Assembly (NCBI GenBank): GCA_947178465.1 | Contig: CAMWYL010000001.1 | Location: 1-35,485 of the forward strand | Reading direction: 5' to 3' | DNA: 35,485 nt | Source of the DNA: an uncultured Lachnospiraceae bacterium | GTDB taxonomy: Bacteria; Bacillota; Clostridia; Lachnospirales; Lachnospiraceae | In this document: in pieces, positions 1 to 9,329 of the stretch | Layout: each line of letters opens with the position of its first letter | Position numbering within the stretch: the first letter of the stretch is position 1 | Translations under genes and position numbers: made by a program | Notes under the pieces: generated by a model | Database searches by the model: none | The model's input: only the letters and a program-made list of their open reading frames with translations | What the model was told of the DNA's origin: nothing

Positions 1-916
1 GCTTCATCATGGACACCGTACGCTCCAATGTCGCCGCCTGCTCCTCCTGCTTCACCGGACGCTCTATGTGCGGTGCCGGCTCCACAAAGGAGTAGACCTC
101 CACCGGACGGATTTCCGCCGGCCTCACATCCACTACAGTCAAATTCTCAGGGCGCGCTCCCATCACCTGCAAATCGGCCGCACCGGACGGATTGATGCTC
201 TTATCCGCGGGAAGGACCTCCATATCCTTAAATACCAGCGGACTGAATTCATCCGTCTTCCGCGGCTGTGGTTCTTCCTTCCGGAAATTCAATGCCTGAC
301 GCTGTGTTACCAGTTCCTGCTGCATCGGAAGTATCAGCCGGGCCATCTGCTTACGCGCATACTCTTTCTCCCGAGCCGCCTTTTCCCGCGCGGCACGCTC
401 AAGCGCCGCATTCCGCTCACGCTCCTCTTTCCGCGCTGCTTCCTCCTGCGCTTTTCTCGCCTCTGCTTCCTCCTGCGCCTTCGCCGCAAGCGCTATGGCG
501 GCTGCATTTGCAGCCTCCTCCGCCTCCTTGGCCGTCTTGTCAACGTGCTTTACCGTCTCCTTCAGGTTATTATGCTTATCATTGAGCATGTCATACAGGA
601 ACATCACTTCCTGATGTGCCTTGTTCATATCGGAAAGCACTGTCTCCGAATACTCACTGATTGCCATGATCTTCTCATTGGAAATACGCTCCGACGCCCG
701 CTCTGTCTTCTCTACCGCATATTCAAGCGTCTCATCAACCACCTCTGTCACACGGCTCTTTGCGTCTTCCATTTCTTTATCAATAATCTCTCGGATAATT
801 TCCTCATCAATCTGCTGTTCACTCTGCTCCCTGTTATCGGATCTCCCCGGTATCAGAAAGCTTATAATAAACGCCACGACTCCGCCCGCAAGCAACACGA
901 TCTCCATCAAACTCAT
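1..916 (-). CDS. DUF6115-like flagellar-cluster membrane-anchored coiled-coil protein (3' end outside window)
   Basis: Missing from the ORF track because there is no stop in the window. My translation from ATG 916 is open to the edge: MSLMEIVLLAGGVVAFIISFLIP (TM helix)...NEKIMAISEYSETVLSDMNKAHQEVMFLYDMLNDK..., then an Ala/Glu/Lys coiled coil. GGAAAGG RBS upstream. Family name recalled from the motif. Confidence 0.8.
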   Translation of the reverse strand, partial: MSLMEIVLLAGGVVAFIISFLIPGRSDNREQSEQQIDEEIIREIIDKEMEDAKSRVTEVVDETLEYAVEKTERASERISNEKIMAISEYSETVLSDMNKAHQEVMFLYDMLNDKHNNLKETVKHVDKTAKEAEEAANAAAIALAAKAQEEAEARKAQEEAARKEERERNAALERAAREKAAREKEYARKQMARLILPMQQELVTQRQALNFRKEEPQPRKTDEFSPLVFKDMEVLPADKSINPSGAADLQVMGARPENLTVVDVRPAEIRPVEVYSFVEPAPHIERPVKQEEQAATLERTVSMMK

Positions 917-951
917 CTGTAATCAAACCTTTCCCGACAGCTCTTATATTC

Positions 952-1266
952 CTATATCTTCATATCAAATCCGCCCGCAGACTTCGCGATAACCTTTCCG
1001 TCTCCCTCGAATTTCTTCCGTCTCTTCTTACCGCCATCACCCTGGTAGCCGTTCTTGCCCTTCTCCTTCGCGTCAAAGCGTTCCTCCATAAACAGCGTAT
1101 CCTCCGCATGTACCACACGCTCTGCACGCTGCTGCTCCTTCTTCTCGGCCTGGACCTGTATGTTCCCCTGATCCACCATGCCTTTCTCTATCTGCTTTGT
1201 CTGATTATGTAAAACATTATCTGTCTGCTGTATGGAACCGTTCAGCAAAATGGGACTGATTGCCAT
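952..1266 (-). CDS. conserved hypothetical protein (104 aa), flagellar cluster
   Basis: Strong RBS (GGAGG) before ATG; co-oriented between DUF342 and DUF6115-like genes; charged sequence ending GGFDMKI. Confidence 0.8.
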   Translation of the reverse strand: MAISPILLNGSIQQTDNVLHNQTKQIEKGMVDQGNIQVQAEKKEQQRAERVVHAEDTLFMEERFDAKEKGKNGYQGDGGKKRRKKFEGDGKVIAKSAGGFDMKI

Positions 1267-1311
1267 ATCCGCTCCTCCCCTCTACACCGATATCTCGTCA
1301 ATATTCGTCTT

Positions 1312-1340
1312 ATTTTAATATATTTTGACAAAAAAGGCAA
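1312..1340 (-). promoter_or_regulatory. putative sigma-A promoter TTGCCT-N17-TAAAAT
   Basis: Exact 17-bp spacing in the AT-rich gap upstream of the 104-aa gene. Confidence 0.5.
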
Positions 1341-1346
1341 TAGCCC

Positions 1347-2936
1347 CTACAAATTTGTAGAAGCTATGTCTGCGCCTTTTTTTACCAAGCGGCAAAAAGT
1401 ATATTGATTCTTAACCGTCATCGTGGCACCGGAAATACTCACCGCCACGCCCTGATACATTGTTCCTCTTATGTCAATATGCGCATTATTCTTGCCCTTG
1501 AGCATATTGTCAAGCAGCTCTATCTCCTCCAGTTCTTCATGTATCTGCGCCTGTGACCGTGCCAACATCTCCTGCAGCATCCGCGCATTCTCCATCTGCT
1601 CCTCAGTAAGCTTCACGCCGGCCTTGAGCTTTTGCTCCAGTCCGTTAATGACCTTTTTCATCTGCGGAATGGCCTTGGTCTTTTCCCCAACGCTCTTTTG
1701 AAGCTCCGCGAGCCGTCGCTTTGCATCAGGGTCAACCCCTACCTCTATAATTGTCGAAGCCCCCATTGACGTACCTATATTCTTCGCCTTTATCGCACTC
1801 TTGGCGACCACCCTTCCGCCGGTAATCAGTCCCTTTCCGGTATCCGCCATGACAAAACGCTCTGAACTCACCTGTGCATTCAGGATCTGGTCTGCCTCAA
1901 TAAAGCCCTCTGCCTCCACCTTCGCGGCGGATATAAACTTGGCAATGACATTCCCGCCGGCCTTGAGGCGGCCTTTGTTCTGACCGTGCATACCTCTCGC
2001 AATAATGATATTCCCGCCGGCCTCTATCACAGCACCTTCAACCACGCCGTTCACAAACACATTGCCGGTCGTCTTTATGCTGAAGTTCTCACATACATTG
2101 CCCTTAACCTCTACATCGCCCTTATACTCAATATTTCCCGTCGAGGTTCCCACATCCTGCACGGTGTAGACATCGCTTACGAACACGGTTCCCTCAATCA
2201 ACGCCACATGTCCGTCCACCAGACTGATCAGCTGCAGGCCGTCCGGAGAAATCTCCATGTTTCTTCCATAGGAAAAAGTGCATTTCTTTACCTCTCGCGG
2301 CGGCGTGATATTCCCAAAAACATCGACACCGTCCTCACCTCTTTCCTCAGGTATAATCTCCGCCAGCACCTGTCCCTGAGTACAACGGTGCAGATTGTTA
2401 AGCTTGAAGAAATCGACGCTTCCGTCCTCCTTCAGCTCCGGGCGTGCATTGTTGTTCGTATCAAAATAATACTTCAGCTCCGCATCTCTTCCGGGTGTAG
2501 GGTGGCTTCCCTCTGCCACGACAATATCCGTGCAATATTGCCGATCCTCCAAGGCCACCTTAATCGCCGCCTCATTGATTCCTGATTTTACCTTCGCGTA
2601 CTCCAGAGCCTCCATAATCTTTGCTCTTGTGAGCGGGATGCCGCCGGCACTGGGCGGATACATTCGAAGAACCGCCGTCAACTTATCCGCCATCACATTC
2701 ACCACGCATCTCTCGTCCACGGGCAATATCCCCATCGGTGTCAAAAAAACAACAATCTCCTCATCTTTCAGGTTATGAAAGGCTGAATTGATTGTCGCAG
2801 CATCATAGGGTACGCCTATTCTGTCGAGATATTCCTTCAGCTCGCCTGCCCGCAACGGCTCTCCGTCACCTATGGGCGGTGACAGCAATACACTTACCCC
2901 ACTCTCATCTATTTGTATTTGAAAATATCCATTCAT
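1347..2936 (-). CDS. DUF342 / FapA-family flagellar assembly protein
   Basis: 529 aa; DGSVDF..L, GQVLA..IP...GEDG.DVFG, V..STGNI...GDV.V.GNV beta-helix repeats, C-terminal coiled coil; directly downstream of fliA. Confidence 0.85.
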   Translation of the reverse strand: MNGYFQIQIDESGVSVLLSPPIGDGEPLRAGELKEYLDRIGVPYDAATINSAFHNLKDEEIVVFLTPMGILPVDERCVVNVMADKLTAVLRMYPPSAGGIPLTRAKIMEALEYAKVKSGINEAAIKVALEDRQYCTDIVVAEGSHPTPGRDAELKYYFDTNNNARPELKEDGSVDFFKLNNLHRCTQGQVLAEIIPEERGEDGVDVFGNITPPREVKKCTFSYGRNMEISPDGLQLISLVDGHVALIEGTVFVSDVYTVQDVGTSTGNIEYKGDVEVKGNVCENFSIKTTGNVFVNGVVEGAVIEAGGNIIIARGMHGQNKGRLKAGGNVIAKFISAAKVEAEGFIEADQILNAQVSSERFVMADTGKGLITGGRVVAKSAIKAKNIGTSMGASTIIEVGVDPDAKRRLAELQKSVGEKTKAIPQMKKVINGLEQKLKAGVKLTEEQMENARMLQEMLARSQAQIHEELEEIELLDNMLKGKNNAHIDIRGTMYQGVAVSISGATMTVKNQYTFCRLVKKGADIASTNL

Positions 2937-2977
2937 ACCATAACCATGCCTTCCTAATATCTGTACTGTAGGTTACC

Positions 2978-3742
2978 TTACTGTGTCAGAATGCCGATAT
3001 AGCTTCCCATCTTCCCTCGCATCTTCTGCAACGCCTTCGTGTGCAACTGCGATATTCTTGATTCAGATACATCTAAAACATGACTAATTTCTTTTAAGGT
3101 AAGCTCCTCATAATAATAGAGCAATATTACCTTCTTTTCTTTCTCTGTCAGTAATTCCAAGGCTTCCGCAAGCTTCACCTTAAGCTCGCCCTTTTCAACA
3201 ACCGTCTCCGGCATGTCAAAACCTGAGCCGTTTTCCCGCTCCGACGAAATATCATTTCCCTGCTCCATATATTCGTTGAGTGAAATAATGCTGTCCGCAC
3301 TTACCTGATGCTGCCAACCCATCAGCTCATCATCCGTGATACCGATATGCGCAGCAATCTCCGCATCCGTTGCAGGTCTGCCGTTTATCTGCTCAAGCTC
3401 CTTAATCGCCATGTCAATCTGCTTCTGACGTTGTCTGACAGTGCGCGGTATCCAGTCCATCTTTCTAATCTGGTCCAAAATCGCTCCGCGAATACGAAGG
3501 CTGGCATAAGTCTCAAACTTTACCTCCTTGCGCATATCAAACTTATCGATTGCGTCAATCAATCCGAACACGCCATAGCTTACCAAGTCCTCATACTCTA
3601 CGCTATAACCAAGATACATGCTTAAGCGACCTGCTACTACCTTTACCAAGGGCGCATATTCCAAAATAAGTTTTTCCCGAAGTTCCGGGGCGCTTGATTT
3701 AAAATAATCCTCCCAAAGCTTTTTACGCGCTGCATCATTCAT
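2978..3742 (-). CDS. fliA: RNA polymerase sigma factor FliA/SigD (sigma-28)
   Basis: GLIDAIDKFD..KFETYA..RIRGAILD region 2; ELTLKEI..VL.VSESRISQLH region 4 HTH. Confidence 0.95.
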   Translation of the reverse strand: MNDAARKKLWEDYFKSSAPELREKLILEYAPLVKVVAGRLSMYLGYSVEYEDLVSYGVFGLIDAIDKFDMRKEVKFETYASLRIRGAILDQIRKMDWIPRTVRQRQKQIDMAIKELEQINGRPATDAEIAAHIGITDDELMGWQHQVSADSIISLNEYMEQGNDISSERENGSGFDMPETVVEKGELKVKLAEALELLTEKEKKVILLYYYEELTLKEISHVLDVSESRISQLHTKALQKMRGKMGSYIGILTQ

Positions 3743-3772
3743 GTTATACCCTCACTAAGTTATATCAGTGCA

Positions 3773-4201
3773 TTAGTTGCCATCCGTGTACGCTTCTTCG
3801 TATTCCTCGCTCTCATAATCGCCGTTCGCATCATCACGCTCTGCCCTGTCATCTTCATATTCTGCCAAGGTCTCTTCTGAGTATTCCTCGCCGTCAGTCT
3901 CAGACGCTGCCTCACCGTCCGCATACTCCTCCGCCGCAACGGTAACGACATTGCCGTTGTCCGCCTCGTTAAACCTTCCCATAACGACAGTACCGATATT
4001 CTCCTCCGGAATAATCCGCGGTCTGATAGAAGCATAAAGATACCGCACAATATCCCCTATGACATAAAATATCAGCAGCACGATCAGCAAAACCCATAAC
4101 ATCCGCTCAAATTCATATCCCTTTATGTACATGATAATTGATGCAATCGCACCTGCCGAGAGCATCAAAAACGGCGTTATCAGCCGCACCTTGTTCCCCA
4201 T
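3773..4201 (-). CDS. hypothetical membrane protein, two TM helices plus very acidic tail
   Basis: Start moved to ATG 4201 (GAGGGG RBS); two hydrophobic segments followed by an E/D/Y-rich C-terminus. Confidence 0.75.
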   Translation of the reverse strand: MGNKVRLITPFLMLSAGAIASIIMYIKGYEFERMLWVLLIVLLIFYVIGDIVRYLYASIRPRIIPEENIGTVVMGRFNEADNGNVVTVAAEEYADGEAASETDGEEYSEETLAEYEDDRAERDDANGDYESEEYEEAYTDGN

Positions 4202-4225
4202 CTGTCTACCCCTCTGCAATCACGA

Positions 4226-4711
4226 CTAAATCGTCTTCTCCGGCTTTCCCGCAGCACGGATAACCAATCTGCCATCCTCCGGATAGTATATAATCGTACG
4301 TCCGTAATTCAATCCCGTATCCTCTGCCCTTAAAGGTATTCCAAGCTCCTTGAGCTTCTTTTTACTTGCCTGGACATTCCGTTCCCCGACTCTAACCATA
4401 TCCGATTTGTTCTGGAACGTGAACATTTGGGCGCCTCCCGCAATCTTTGCCTCGAATCTGGATTTCACACCGCCTAACGCAATTATTTTTTTCACCAGAT
4501 CATCAATGCCGGTATCAGCAAACTTAGCCCTGTTCGAATTATTTGCAATCTGTGTACTGTCCGGAAGCATCGCATGCGCCATACCTCCAACCTTTGCGAT
4601 AGGATCTCTTATGCATATTCCTACACAGGACCCAAGTCCCAGTGTTGTAATGCCATCCGGACTTTTACACACATTTAAATCAGCCATGCCTACTTTTACT
4701 ATATTTGCCAT
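4226..4711 (-). CDS. cheD: chemoreceptor glutamine deamidase CheD
   Basis: TTLGLGSCVG, HAMLP, AKIAGGAQMF, GERN, EDTG..YGR motifs; start MANIVKVG at 4711 behind GGAAGGA. Confidence 0.95.
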   Translation of the reverse strand: MANIVKVGMADLNVCKSPDGITTLGLGSCVGICIRDPIAKVGGMAHAMLPDSTQIANNSNRAKFADTGIDDLVKKIIALGGVKSRFEAKIAGGAQMFTFQNKSDMVRVGERNVQASKKKLKELGIPLRAEDTGLNYGRTIIYYPEDGRLVIRAAGKPEKTI

Positions 4712-4874
4712 ACAGTCTCTTTCCTTCCGTATATGTATGCAATTATAATTGATAAGTATGCGCCTGCCGTATAGCCCGTACACGTACTATACAACTTCGT
4801 TTCTGTGCGCATGAAATTAACTAAACATCTTCTACTCCTAATGATACCGCAAAATGCAGTCAAATCACAATCAC

Positions 4875-5495
4875 CTATATTGATAATCCGAGCGCGCCAA
4901 GCATCTTTGAATAAGACTGCAAATCGGGCATCAATATAAAATATCCGTTCAAATCCACATCATCGGTAAACGCCGTCTGAATTAACAGGATTTTGTCTCC
5001 CACAATGCCAAATTCGATTGCGGGAACACTGAGGATTGCATTCAGCATATCAATATTCAAATCAGGAACAGAAGGAAGCATCTTCAGATTTGTCATCTGC
5101 GCAAGCGAATTCAGATATGCACCTGTGATAATGTTCCCAATCTCTTTCATTGCGGAAATCTCAATCTCTGAAAACGCTCCCTCCGCCGGCGGCATTCCCA
5201 TAAGCTTACTTACAAGTGTCTTTCCGGCGTCATGCTCCAATATGAACATAATACTACCTGTGATATCACCTTCAACAGCCAGATAAATGCCTACTACCAT
5301 TTGCTCCTCACCGCCCATGGCTTCTCCGACATCCTTGAAGTCCAAAAGCCTTACCTGAGGGACTTTCATATCGACCTTGCACTGAAGCATCTGGGCAAGC
5401 GCGGTTGTCGCATTGCCTGCCCCGATGTTTCCAAGCTCCTTTAATACATCATAATATTCCGTTGTCACTTTTTCAAAACTAATGTTTTCCGACAT
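4875..5495 (-). CDS. cheC: CheY-P phosphatase CheC
   Basis: Two E-x-x-N motifs (ELGNIGAGNA, EIGNII); located between cheW and cheD. Confidence 0.93.
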   Translation of the reverse strand: MSENISFEKVTTEYYDVLKELGNIGAGNATTALAQMLQCKVDMKVPQVRLLDFKDVGEAMGGEEQMVVGIYLAVEGDITGSIMFILEHDAGKTLVSKLMGMPPAEGAFSEIEISAMKEIGNIITGAYLNSLAQMTNLKMLPSVPDLNIDMLNAILSVPAIEFGIVGDKILLIQTAFTDDVDLNGYFILMPDLQSYSKMLGALGLSI

Positions 5496-5543
5496 GCTTA
5501 AACCAAAGCCTTTCTTTTATTAAAATCCACTCATCATTTTACT

Positions 5544-6041
5544 TTACGTTTCCACAACATCCGCGAGAACCGAAGTAATATCAAGCAAGGAAATCAATTT
5601 GTTGTCAACCTTACCGACACCGCTGAGGAAACGGGACTTTTCATCCTTGTCATAAGAAACGCGCTCAACATGCTCCTCATCCAGCGTAACAACCTCTTTC
5701 ACCTCATCAACCAGCACACCGATCGACTCATGCTGCTCCAGCTTCAGAATAATGATTCTTGTCTTCTTGGTAATCTCATCCTCATCCAAACCCATTTTAA
5801 GCCGGAGACTGATGGTCGGAATAACCTCACCGCGAAGATTGATGACACCCTTGATATATTCGGAAACCTTCGGCACTCTGGTTATCTTCTGCATTCTCCC
5901 GATATTGGAGATATACTTGATATCAATCCCGTACTGCTCTTCTCCCAGCCTTGTTACGATATACTGAGTTGTTTCACGCTCTACCGGACGGTTCAGACTT
6001 TCGTTACGCTTTTGCTCGTCCATTACCTTTACTTCATCCAT
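5544..6041 (-). CDS. cheW: chemotaxis coupling protein CheW
   Basis: ITRVP...YIKGVINLRGEVIP, GVLVDEV motifs. Confidence 0.95.
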   Translation of the reverse strand: MDEVKVMDEQKRNESLNRPVERETTQYIVTRLGEEQYGIDIKYISNIGRMQKITRVPKVSEYIKGVINLRGEVIPTISLRLKMGLDEDEITKKTRIIILKLEQHESIGVLVDEVKEVVTLDEEHVERVSYDKDEKSRFLSGVGKVDNKLISLLDITSVLADVVET

Positions 6042-6073
6042 GTTCTATACCCTGCCTTTCCGTAAAAATCAGA

Positions 6074-8215
6074 TTAAATCAATGCGTTGGCATCCAAAAT
6101 CAAAGCCACATCGCCGTTACCTAAAATAGTAGCACCACTGATAATCTTTGGAACCTTGATATACTTGCCCATGGACTTGATAACAACCTCCTGCTGTCCG
6201 ATAAGCTCATCTACCACTAAACCGGCCTGCTTATCACCCTTTTTCACAATGATGACCGTAAGGTTTTTATTTTCATCCTCTCTTGGCGGAATGTCAAGCA
6301 CCTTGTTCATTCGGATGATAGGAATAACTGTACCGCGGATGTGCATAACCTCTTTCGCCTGTACCAGCTTAATATCCTCCGGAGCCACATCCTCAATTGT
6401 CTGAATGGAACCCAGAGCAATTGCAAACTTCTCATCCCCAATAACAACCATCAACGCCTGAATAATGGCAAGTGTAAGCGGCAGACGAATAATCCATGAA
6501 GAGCCTTCACCGAATTTATTCTTTACTTCCACTTCACCGCTGAGAGACTCGATCTTGGACTTCACTACGTCAAGACCAACACCGCGCCCTGATACGTCAG
6601 ACACCTTCTTTGCCGTAGAAAAGCTCGGCAGGAACAGAAGATCAATAATCTCCTTATCCGTCATGCCCTCAGCCTGCTCATGTGTAATGGTGCCTCGCTC
6701 TATCGCCTTATTCCTAACGGCTTCAATATTAATTCCGCCGCCATCATCCCTTACTTCAATGACTACATTATTGCCATCCTGATAAGCGTCAAGGAAGATT
6801 GAACCAACCTCCGGCTTACCATTCGCAACTCTGACATCATTTGGCTCAAGGCCATGATCTGCTGAGTTTCTCAACATATGCATCAACGGGTCGCCGATTT
6901 CGTCTACCACGGTTCTGTCAAGCTCTGTGTCTTCACCGGTCATGTATAATTCCATCTTCTTATCCAACTTCTTGGACAAGTCTCGAATCATACGCGGGAA
7001 CTTAGCCACAACGCTCTCAATCGGCACCATTCGTACCTTCATAACCGATTCGTGCAAATTGGTCGTTACACTCTCAAGATATTCAATATGTTCATTTACA
7101 GAGCCCAAATCACTCTTGCTGCCGTCACTTGACGTTGCTGCAACCAGTGAGTTCTTCGCGATAATCAGCTCACTCACCAAATTCATCAGATTGTCAAGCT
7201 TCTCAATATCAACACGTACCGTTCTGTTGACAACCGGCTTGTTCGCAGGCTTATTCGCGGGCTTTGCAGCTGCCGGTGCACTCGCCGCAGGTGTTGCCGC
7301 TGCAGGTGTGCTTGCAGCCGGTGCAGCCGTTTCCTGCGGTACCGCGGGCTGTGTCTCAACAACAGGTTCATCCGTCGTCTGCGGTGCCGCGGCCTGCGGT
7401 ACCACATACTCCTCGCAAAGTGCCTCCTCAATCTCGGATACGTTCTTAATTGCGGAAATCACTTCTTCCTTGGCACTGCTCGAAATAAATATCAGGCTGA
7501 ATGTCAGTTCAAACTTCTCATCCTCTATATCCTGTGCAGGCGGTTCGGATACAATAATCTCTCCAAGCTTCTCGAGCGCTTTGAATACGAGGAATGCCCG
7601 CGCTGCCTTCAGCACGCACGCTTCCTCCACGTAAACGGTAACACCGTATACCTTGAGATTATCACTGTGCGCCTTATCAATCAGCGTTCGCTCCGTGTCA
7701 GAAATCTTAATTTCCTGCCAACGTGCCGTTTTCCCTTCAGCAGGTGCTGCCGCAGCCGCCTGTTCGGGTGCTTTTTCTGCGGACTGCTCCGCGGCCGGCG
7801 CGCTTGTCCCGCCTCCCGCATTTACGGTTCCGCCGTTCTTCAAAATATCATTGAGGATTTTGATCAAGTCCTCATTGTCATTCGTGCCTTCCTCTGTCGT
7901 CTGCTGGATGTTCTCCAGATATTCCTCCAACGCGTCAAGGCACTTGAACAACACATCTATCATATCAGGCTGCACCTTAAATGTACCGTTGCGAACCTCT
8001 GAAAATACATTCTCCATGTCATGGGTAAGCGCCTGCATCCTCTTATAACCCATTGTACCGGCCATACCCTTCAAGGAATGCGCTGCCCGGAATATCTCAT
8101 TAATCGTATCCATATTCTCCGGGTTTTGCTCCAAATCCATGATTTGGGTATTCAGGTTTTGTAAATGTTCCTTTGTTTCATCAAGGAAAATCTCAAGATA
8201 TTGACTTGTATCCAT
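6074..8215 (-). CDS. cheA: chemotaxis histidine kinase CheA
   Basis: Hpt FRAAHSLKGM, P2 domain, RNSADHG, DDGGG, SGRGVGLDVV ATP lid, C-terminal CheW-like domain; start MDTSQY at 8215 just after the cheB stop. Confidence 0.97.
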   Translation of the reverse strand: MDTSQYLEIFLDETKEHLQNLNTQIMDLEQNPENMDTINEIFRAAHSLKGMAGTMGYKRMQALTHDMENVFSEVRNGTFKVQPDMIDVLFKCLDALEEYLENIQQTTEEGTNDNEDLIKILNDILKNGGTVNAGGGTSAPAAEQSAEKAPEQAAAAAPAEGKTARWQEIKISDTERTLIDKAHSDNLKVYGVTVYVEEACVLKAARAFLVFKALEKLGEIIVSEPPAQDIEDEKFELTFSLIFISSSAKEEVISAIKNVSEIEEALCEEYVVPQAAAPQTTDEPVVETQPAVPQETAAPAASTPAAATPAASAPAAAKPANKPANKPVVNRTVRVDIEKLDNLMNLVSELIIAKNSLVAATSSDGSKSDLGSVNEHIEYLESVTTNLHESVMKVRMVPIESVVAKFPRMIRDLSKKLDKKMELYMTGEDTELDRTVVDEIGDPLMHMLRNSADHGLEPNDVRVANGKPEVGSIFLDAYQDGNNVVIEVRDDGGGINIEAVRNKAIERGTITHEQAEGMTDKEIIDLLFLPSFSTAKKVSDVSGRGVGLDVVKSKIESLSGEVEVKNKFGEGSSWIIRLPLTLAIIQALMVVIGDEKFAIALGSIQTIEDVAPEDIKLVQAKEVMHIRGTVIPIIRMNKVLDIPPREDENKNLTVIIVKKGDKQAGLVVDELIGQQEVVIKSMGKYIKVPKIISGATILGNGDVALILDANALI

Positions 8216-8216
8216 G

Positions 8217-9329
8217 CTACTTAACCCCCACATTCATTAATATTTCTTGGGCCACGTCATCCAGCGCCACTACCTGATTCACCAAGCCGGTAGCCTTCAC
8301 ACTTTTGGGCATTCCGTAAACCGTTGAGGAAGCTTCATCCTGTGCTATGACGTGTATTTTTTTTGCAGTTTCCAAATTCACGATTCCCTTGCTCCCGTCT
8401 GCTCCCATACCCGTCAGTACAACGCATACAATCTGAGAATAATTGCTGTTCTTCAGGGATTCATACATGTAATTTGCACATGGCTTTACCCCCTCCCTCG
8501 GAGGCTCATCCGTATATGTAATGACATGCTTTCCATTCTTCACAGCCACATTCATGTGCATACCGCCCTTAGAAATGTATACCGTACCGTTCTCAAGGAC
8601 ATCACCCTCTGCCGCTTCCTTGACCTTTATCTTGCTCATTGAATTCAGTCGTTCCGCCAGAGACTGCGTAAAGCCCTTCGGCATATGCTGAACAATCAGA
8701 ACCGGTGCAGCAAGCTCTGCCGGAAGCTTCGGTACTACGCTCTGCAGCGCCCTGGGTCCTCCCGTGGAACAGGCAAGGGCAACAATCTTCTGTCCGCCCA
8801 CCGCAGGTCTGCTCTTTTGGACGATACTGACAAGCTCCTGTGTGTTCATCTCACTCTTCTGCGGCCGTGCGGCGACAGACAGCGTGGAAATATTCGTCTG
8901 GCGGCTTGTCACTACTGCGTACAGGGTGTCCTGAAACTTCTTTCTGAATTCGCTGCCCTTCAGATAACCGATATTTACCGGCTTTTCGATAAAATCAATC
9001 GCGCCTAAATCCAAGGCTTCAATGGTAACAGACGCCCCCTCCCTGGAGTCCGTACTTGCCACCATGACGCGCACACGGATTTTATCCTTCTGAAGCACAC
9101 GCAAAAGCTGAATTCCGTCCATCTTCGGCATGTTGATGTCCAGTACGATACCATCGTACTGATTCTTCTTTAGAAGCAGATAAGCGGCTTCGCCGTCAAA
9201 GGCTTGCTCCACTACTTGAAATCGCTCATCTGAATTGATTATATCACACATAACCCTTCTCATAAGTGCAGAATCATCAACTACCAATATTTTTTTCTTG
9301 TTTGCACCGTTTGCTGAACCCGTTATCAT
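8217..9329 (-). CDS. cheB: chemotaxis response regulator methylesterase CheB
   Basis: Receiver domain (VVDD, LDINMP, KP) plus catalytic STGGP, QHMP, TGMGADG. Confidence 0.96.
   Translation of the reverse strand: MITGSANGANKKKILVVDDSALMRRVMCDIINSDERFQVVEQAFDGEAAYLLLKKNQYDGIVLDINMPKMDGIQLLRVLQKDKIRVRVMVASTDSREGASVTIEALDLGAIDFIEKPVNIGYLKGSEFRKKFQDTLYAVVTSRQTNISTLSVAARPQKSEMNTQELVSIVQKSRPAVGGQKIVALACSTGGPRALQSVVPKLPAELAAPVLIVQHMPKGFTQSLAERLNSMSKIKVKEAAEGDVLENGTVYISKGGMHMNVAVKNGKHVITYTDEPPREGVKPCANYMYESLKNSNYSQIVCVVLTGMGADGSKGIVNLETAKKIHVIAQDEASSTVYGMPKSVKATGLVNQVVALDDVAQEILMNVGVK

Noticed and set aside
53-192. Repeated caccggacg motif at 53, 101 and 181
   Set aside because: Short, irregularly spaced, in different frames within a coding region; most likely chance or Arg-Pro-Val coding.
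68-922. 284-aa plus-strand ORF
   Set aside because: In-register antisense shadow of the real minus-strand gene (916 to <1); its Leu/Arg/His-rich composition is typical of reverse-complemented Glu/Lys codons.
8357-8364. A8 homopolymer in cheB (and A7/T7 runs elsewhere) as phase-variation tracts
   Set aside because: Reading frames are intact and runs this short are expected in Lys/Phe codons.
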